This document shows positions 60,901 through 64,000 of a DNA stretch of 64,000 nt, piece after piece. The stretch lies in assembly GCF_048403405.1 (NCBI RefSeq), contig NZ_CP183129.1, one strand, 5' to 3'. Within the stretch, counting starts at the first letter, position 1. Each line of letters starts with the position of its first letter. The position numbers and the translations under genes are program-made. The notes below the pieces were generated by a model. It was not told the DNA's origin. It made no database searches and worked only from the letters and a program-made list of their open reading frames with translations. This DNA is from Escherichia coli. Lineage in GTDB: Bacteria > Pseudomonadota > Gammaproteobacteria > Enterobacterales > Enterobacteriaceae.

Positions 60901-61782
60901 TTACATAGATGTTTCGTTTAATTCTTCCCGACGAACGCTGTAAACGTCGGTGGCTTTTGCCAGCAGTTCGTCATCATCTGAAAGTTTTTGTGCAATGTAT
61001 TTGTAAGCCTTATCCAGTTCGGAGACAGTGCTGTAATTCATCGCTGCGCTGGTAAAGGCCATCAGCATTTCTTCTGGATCACGGCTATCCGCTTTACGCG
61101 TTTGCTCATCAGGCTTTTTCACTGGTTTAGCGTTGATCAGACTGTTCATTCCCGCAGCAGTAGTTGTTTGCGGAGTAATGTCTCGCTCAACGCGCGGTGC
61201 CGTTTCCTGTAATTCGTCAGGGGTGTAAACACCGAGAAGTACATCAGGAGCGTGCAGGCGAGCCCATCGTTTCGTGCAAAGATAGGCAAGTTGCTGGCGC
61301 GGATCCTGTTCCCACAATGGAGAGTTACGCACTCCGGCTTGCGCCATACTGATGGTAAGCTCACGGGGTTCTGCTTCTCCTTTAAGAACTGCTGACACAG
61401 TTACCGTCAGATTCGGTGATTTATCTGTTTTGCCGTTAACATTCGACCAGTCACCGCTCCAGCGATAATTCAGGCGTGTCGCTAGCAGGCTGGAAGAGGA
61501 TACGACCGCGTTTACCAACTGTGCTTCGTAGCCTAACGTTCCGTTTACCACATGCGTTTTCTGCGCCACGGCGAAAGGGTTCATTCCCCACTGTGCCGCC
61601 TGCATGGTCACCGCCAGGCAATCGGCAGGTTTGCCTTCAAGATGTTTCGGCACAGTCGCTTTGCTTTGTGACATCAACTCCGCGAAACGCACCAGTTGAT
61701 TCATGCCCTCGGGGCTGAAGATTGCCGCAGCAGTGCCTACAGTTGCGCCTGGTTGTGATGTGATTGCGATATCATTGCTCAT
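60901..61782 (-). CDS. Putative RecT/Bet-like single-strand annealing protein
   Basis: 293 aa immediately downstream of and overlapping an exonuclease gene; region ...AAQWGMNPFAVAQKTHVVNGTLGYE... resembles RecT-family core; assignment by context and weak motif. Confidence 0.5.
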   Translation of the reverse strand: MSNDIAITSQPGATVGTAAAIFSPEGMNQLVRFAELMSQSKATVPKHLEGKPADCLAVTMQAAQWGMNPFAVAQKTHVVNGTLGYEAQLVNAVVSSSSLLATRLNYRWSGDWSNVNGKTDKSPNLTVTVSAVLKGEAEPRELTISMAQAGVRNSPLWEQDPRQQLAYLCTKRWARLHAPDVLLGVYTPDELQETAPRVERDITPQTTTAAGMNSLINAKPVKKPDEQTRKADSRDPEEMLMAFTSAAMNYSTVSELDKAYKYIAQKLSDDDELLAKATDVYSVRREELNETSM

Positions 61783-62600
61783 ACGTACATATCCTGTTTA
61801 CGTGCCCAGTCAGGGCGTTTAATAATTTCCACTCCGCCCCATTCATCGTTGATGCGGCATTCGTGATAGGTATTCAGATCCCGGCGGAACAGAGCGTGCC
61901 CGGCATCGACATCTGGCGCATCCAGCTCGAACACGCGTACCGGATACCGACCACAATCAATGCTTTCGCTCACGGCAAGAAAGAAAAAACCATGCGGCTG
62001 ACCAGTAACCCTCATTGCGCCTTCGCGGTACATTGCGTCCTGCACGTGGTAGCGGAATTCCTCGATGTGGCGTGCAAAACGGTCCATATCTGCAACCTTT
62101 TTCACGTCGACGATCACGTTGTGCTCGTTCAGCCATTTGTCTGGACGAATTCGGCACAACTCACCCGTCTCTTCATCATTCCAGTACATTGATGCTTCGC
62201 AGTAACCAGGTGCTTCCAGCATCCAGCGTGCCGCCGGGTGAGCCATTGCGCTATCACGCATCAGCTCCAGTTTCCGCCACTGCTCGGCATCAAGTACCGT
62301 AATCCCCATATCCGCCACATCACGAAGAAATGCCTCTTCGTCAGCTTTACCTTGTTTCGTCCGACGATCGAATTTCGGTGAAACAATGAAGCGTTTGTCG
62401 AACTCTCCAGGCTCCAGAAGCAGACAGTGCAATGCGGTTCCCATATCCAGTGCAGACTTTTTCTCTTCGTCTTCTGGTGCTGCCTGAACCCATTTAAGAA
62501 GCGCCGGATTCTTGGCAACCATGTCTAGTTGCGACTTACTCACTCCGTCACCGGCGTGGTAGTCTTCGTTGCTGATGTCGAAATAAATTCCCGGTTTCAT
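61779..62600 (-). CDS. PD-(D/E)XK-type exonuclease (exodeoxyribonuclease VIII / RecE-like C-terminal domain)
   Basis: 273 aa; N-terminal GIYFDISNEDYHAGDGVSKSQL and IVDVKK block fit this nuclease fold; paired with annealing protein. Confidence 0.65.
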   Translation of the reverse strand: MKPGIYFDISNEDYHAGDGVSKSQLDMVAKNPALLKWVQAAPEDEEKKSALDMGTALHCLLLEPGEFDKRFIVSPKFDRRTKQGKADEEAFLRDVADMGITVLDAEQWRKLELMRDSAMAHPAARWMLEAPGYCEASMYWNDEETGELCRIRPDKWLNEHNVIVDVKKVADMDRFARHIEEFRYHVQDAMYREGAMRVTGQPHGFFFLAVSESIDCGRYPVRVFELDAPDVDAGHALFRRDLNTYHECRINDEWGGVEIIKRPDWARKQDMYV

Positions 62601-62895
62601 GCCGCGTCCCTCTGTCCATCAAGCTGATCCGCCAGATCCCAGCGGGCGATAATTGCCATTGCCTCTCGCCGGTAGGCATCCATCAGTTCTTCGAACTCAG
62701 GGCTGTCTTTAGCAGCCTCCAGTACTTCCTGACGAACGCCTTTGCCTGTTACAACGTCGAAAGTTGAGGACAGTTGATGAAGTCGGATGCTCTCAATCAG
62801 TTCAACTTGTCGGTCATATAGCTGTTCTGACAGGCGGTAGTCCTTGTCGAATGCCAGCATGATTTTTTGAAGATTTTTCTGCTGATTAACGTTCA
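62597..62895 (-). CDS. Hypothetical phage early protein
   Basis: ~99 aa from ATG 62895 (MNVNQQKNL...); stop overlaps exonuclease start; unknown function. Confidence 0.4.
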
Positions 62896-62897
62896 TT

Positions 62898-63051
62898 ATC
62901 AGCCCTCCCATATCTCGTTATCGTTGGCCACATCGCGAGCTTCTTTGCTGACGAAAGCCCACTTAATGCCTTCCTGTAAGGTGCGGAACTTCCAGCTCAT
63001 GAATCCGCATGCAGTAACGCAGTACCAACCGTTGATGATTTTCCACTGCAT
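62898..63051 (-). CDS. Small ORF (50 aa), first gene of leftward early operon (tentative)
   Basis: MQWKIINGWYCVTACGFMSWKFRTLQEGIKWAFVSKEARDVANDNEIWEG; not in the supplied ORF track (<60 aa), found by manual translation. Confidence 0.3.
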
Positions 63052-63057
63052 AACTTG

Positions 63058-63147
63058 TTACCTCGGTCTGTTACCGTTGAGGTAATGATTATGCGTATCT
63101 GGTTTGATGTCAATAGATATGAGTTAAAAAAATTACCCAACAGGTAA
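63058..63147. promoter_or_regulatory. Early-operon promoter/operator region with inverted repeats
   Basis: TTACCTC-N14-GAGGTAA (63058-63085) and palindrome TTACCCAACAGGTAA (63133-63147), which recurs at 63845-63859. Confidence 0.5.
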
Positions 63148-63156
63148 TCTAACAGG

Positions 63157-63184
63157 CAATAAAAAAGCCGCCATGAGGCGGCTT
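63157..63184 (-). terminator. Rho-independent terminator downstream of repressor gene
   Basis: aagccgcc-atga-ggcggctt hairpin with U-tract on minus strand. Confidence 0.65.
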
Positions 63185-63204
63185 ACTTGCTGAAAACTAT
63201 AGTT

Positions 63205-63789
63205 TTATTGTTTGTTTTTTTCGTTCTGGTTGATGACAAATTCAATGTAACTTTCGATCTTTGCTTTCTCGGTTTCGGGTAACAATGCGTAGCGCGAGCG
63301 GTCATAGTTGATAGTCGCAGGGTCGTGCGGGTGAATCAGTAATTCATAGCCATGACGCCCGAATGCGGATGCAACATTCTCCAGGGTGGAAATGGAAACG
63401 CTGACCTCATTGTTTAACAGGCGGCTGATTGTCACCTGGGCGACGCCGGATGCGCGGTGTAGTTTTCCCTGCGTTGAAAGGTCGCGGCTTTCGCTCATCC
63501 AGCGTTCCAGGTTGTGAGCAGCCAGCTGACCTATATCACTCGGGCCGACAGGCTGAAAACCTTCCTGAGAAAGCGAGCGATCGATATCAAGCCAGTTACG
63601 GGGTTTATTGGCGGCAGCTTCAATTTTTCGCGCAACCTGGTCGCCGATAACCTTCTTGCCAAGAGCCCAGCGGTTTACCAGATTTGCCTGAGTTCCAAGT
63701 TTTTCTGCCATCCGCGTCTGAACACCATTGAATTCACGGTCGATCAAGTCGTTGAGATTTTGCCTGCGGACGTCCTGGATACTTTTCAT
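63205..63789 (-). CDS. Phage repressor-like protein with two HTH (XRE/CI-type) domains
   Basis: 194 aa; two helix-turn-helix-like segments (QTRMAEKLGTQANLVNRWALG and LHRASGVAQVTISRLLNNEVSVSISTL); flanked by operator-like palindromes. Confidence 0.6.
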   Translation of the reverse strand: MKSIQDVRRQNLNDLIDREFNGVQTRMAEKLGTQANLVNRWALGKKVIGDQVARKIEAAANKPRNWLDIDRSLSQEGFQPVGPSDIGQLAAHNLERWMSESRDLSTQGKLHRASGVAQVTISRLLNNEVSVSISTLENVASAFGRHGYELLIHPHDPATINYDRSRYALLPETEKAKIESYIEFVINQNEKNKQ

Positions 63790-63943
63790 TTTCTGGAAAA
63801 TCGCCTCATATATGAATCAGTAGATGATTCAATTTAAAGCAATATTACCCAACAGGTAAATGCACCTCATAGGTAACTATCCTTGATTTTTGTTACCTTA
63901 TGGGTGAATATTTATTATCTGAAATAAATATCAGGCAATAGCT
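63790..63943. promoter_or_regulatory. Divergent promoter/operator region (repressor vs rightward gene)
   Basis: Contains TTACCCAACAGGTAA (63845-63859) and GGTAAC...GTTACC inverted repeats. Confidence 0.5.
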
Positions 63944-64000
63944 ATGAGCGATAACGGACATTTCGATTTCAAAAAGCACTGGCTTGCACTTACTCCGGAC
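63944..64000 (+). CDS. Rightward phage gene, 5' fragment only (truncated by window end)
   Basis: ATG 63944 (MSDNGHFDFKKHWLALTPD...) open to window edge; divergent from repressor. Confidence 0.35.
   Translation, partial: MSDNGHFDFKKHWLALTPD

Larger units (their letters stand above)
57993..64000. mobile_element. Prophage (lambdoid-type early/recombination arm with P4-type integrase), partial; continues beyond window
   Basis: Integrase, MT-A70 methylase, AlpA-like, RecT-like, exonuclease, repressor and operator palindromes replace the genes that follow guaA in K-12. Confidence 0.8.

Overview
Enterobacterial chromosome segment with gene order and protein sequences matching Escherichia coli (yphE through guaA, inverted relative to the K-12 map). 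Most of the window is conserved core genome: the yph ABC-transporter genes, the hca 3-phenylpropionate dioxygenase cluster with hcaR and hcaT, csiE, yfhR, suhB, trmJ, the complete iscRSUA-hscBA-fdx-iscX operon, pepB, sseB, sseA, yfhM-pbpC, ndk, rlmN, rodZ, ispG, hisS, yfgM, bamB, der, yfgJ, xseA and guaBA. Three regions stand out. (1) An ~11.6 kb accessory island sits between yfgJ and xseA, where K-12 has only a short intergenic gap. It encodes an intimin/invasin-type inverse autotransporter (SinH-like), a small secreted protein (SinI-like) and a 2680-aa secreted protein built from about nine tandem ~270-aa units (RatA/RatB-like, as in the Salmonella CS54 island). (2) The sseB-sseA intergenic region carries a ryfA-like locus: a minus-strand transcript with a short hydrophobic ORF whose start codon lies in a hairpin, plus two tandem plus-strand sRNA-like modules, the first with a 16-nt stretch complementary to the putative toxin 5' UTR. 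(3) Immediately downstream of the guaA terminator is the left arm of a lambdoid-type prophage, cut by the window end: P4-type integrase, MT-A70 adenine methyltransferase, AlpA-family regulator, RecT-like annealing protein, PD-(D/E)XK exonuclease, a tandem-HTH repressor and operator-like palindromes. No tRNA, rRNA or CRISPR array was seen. All coordinates for starts, motifs and hairpins were counted by hand; the homology statements rest on recognition of protein families, not on database searches.
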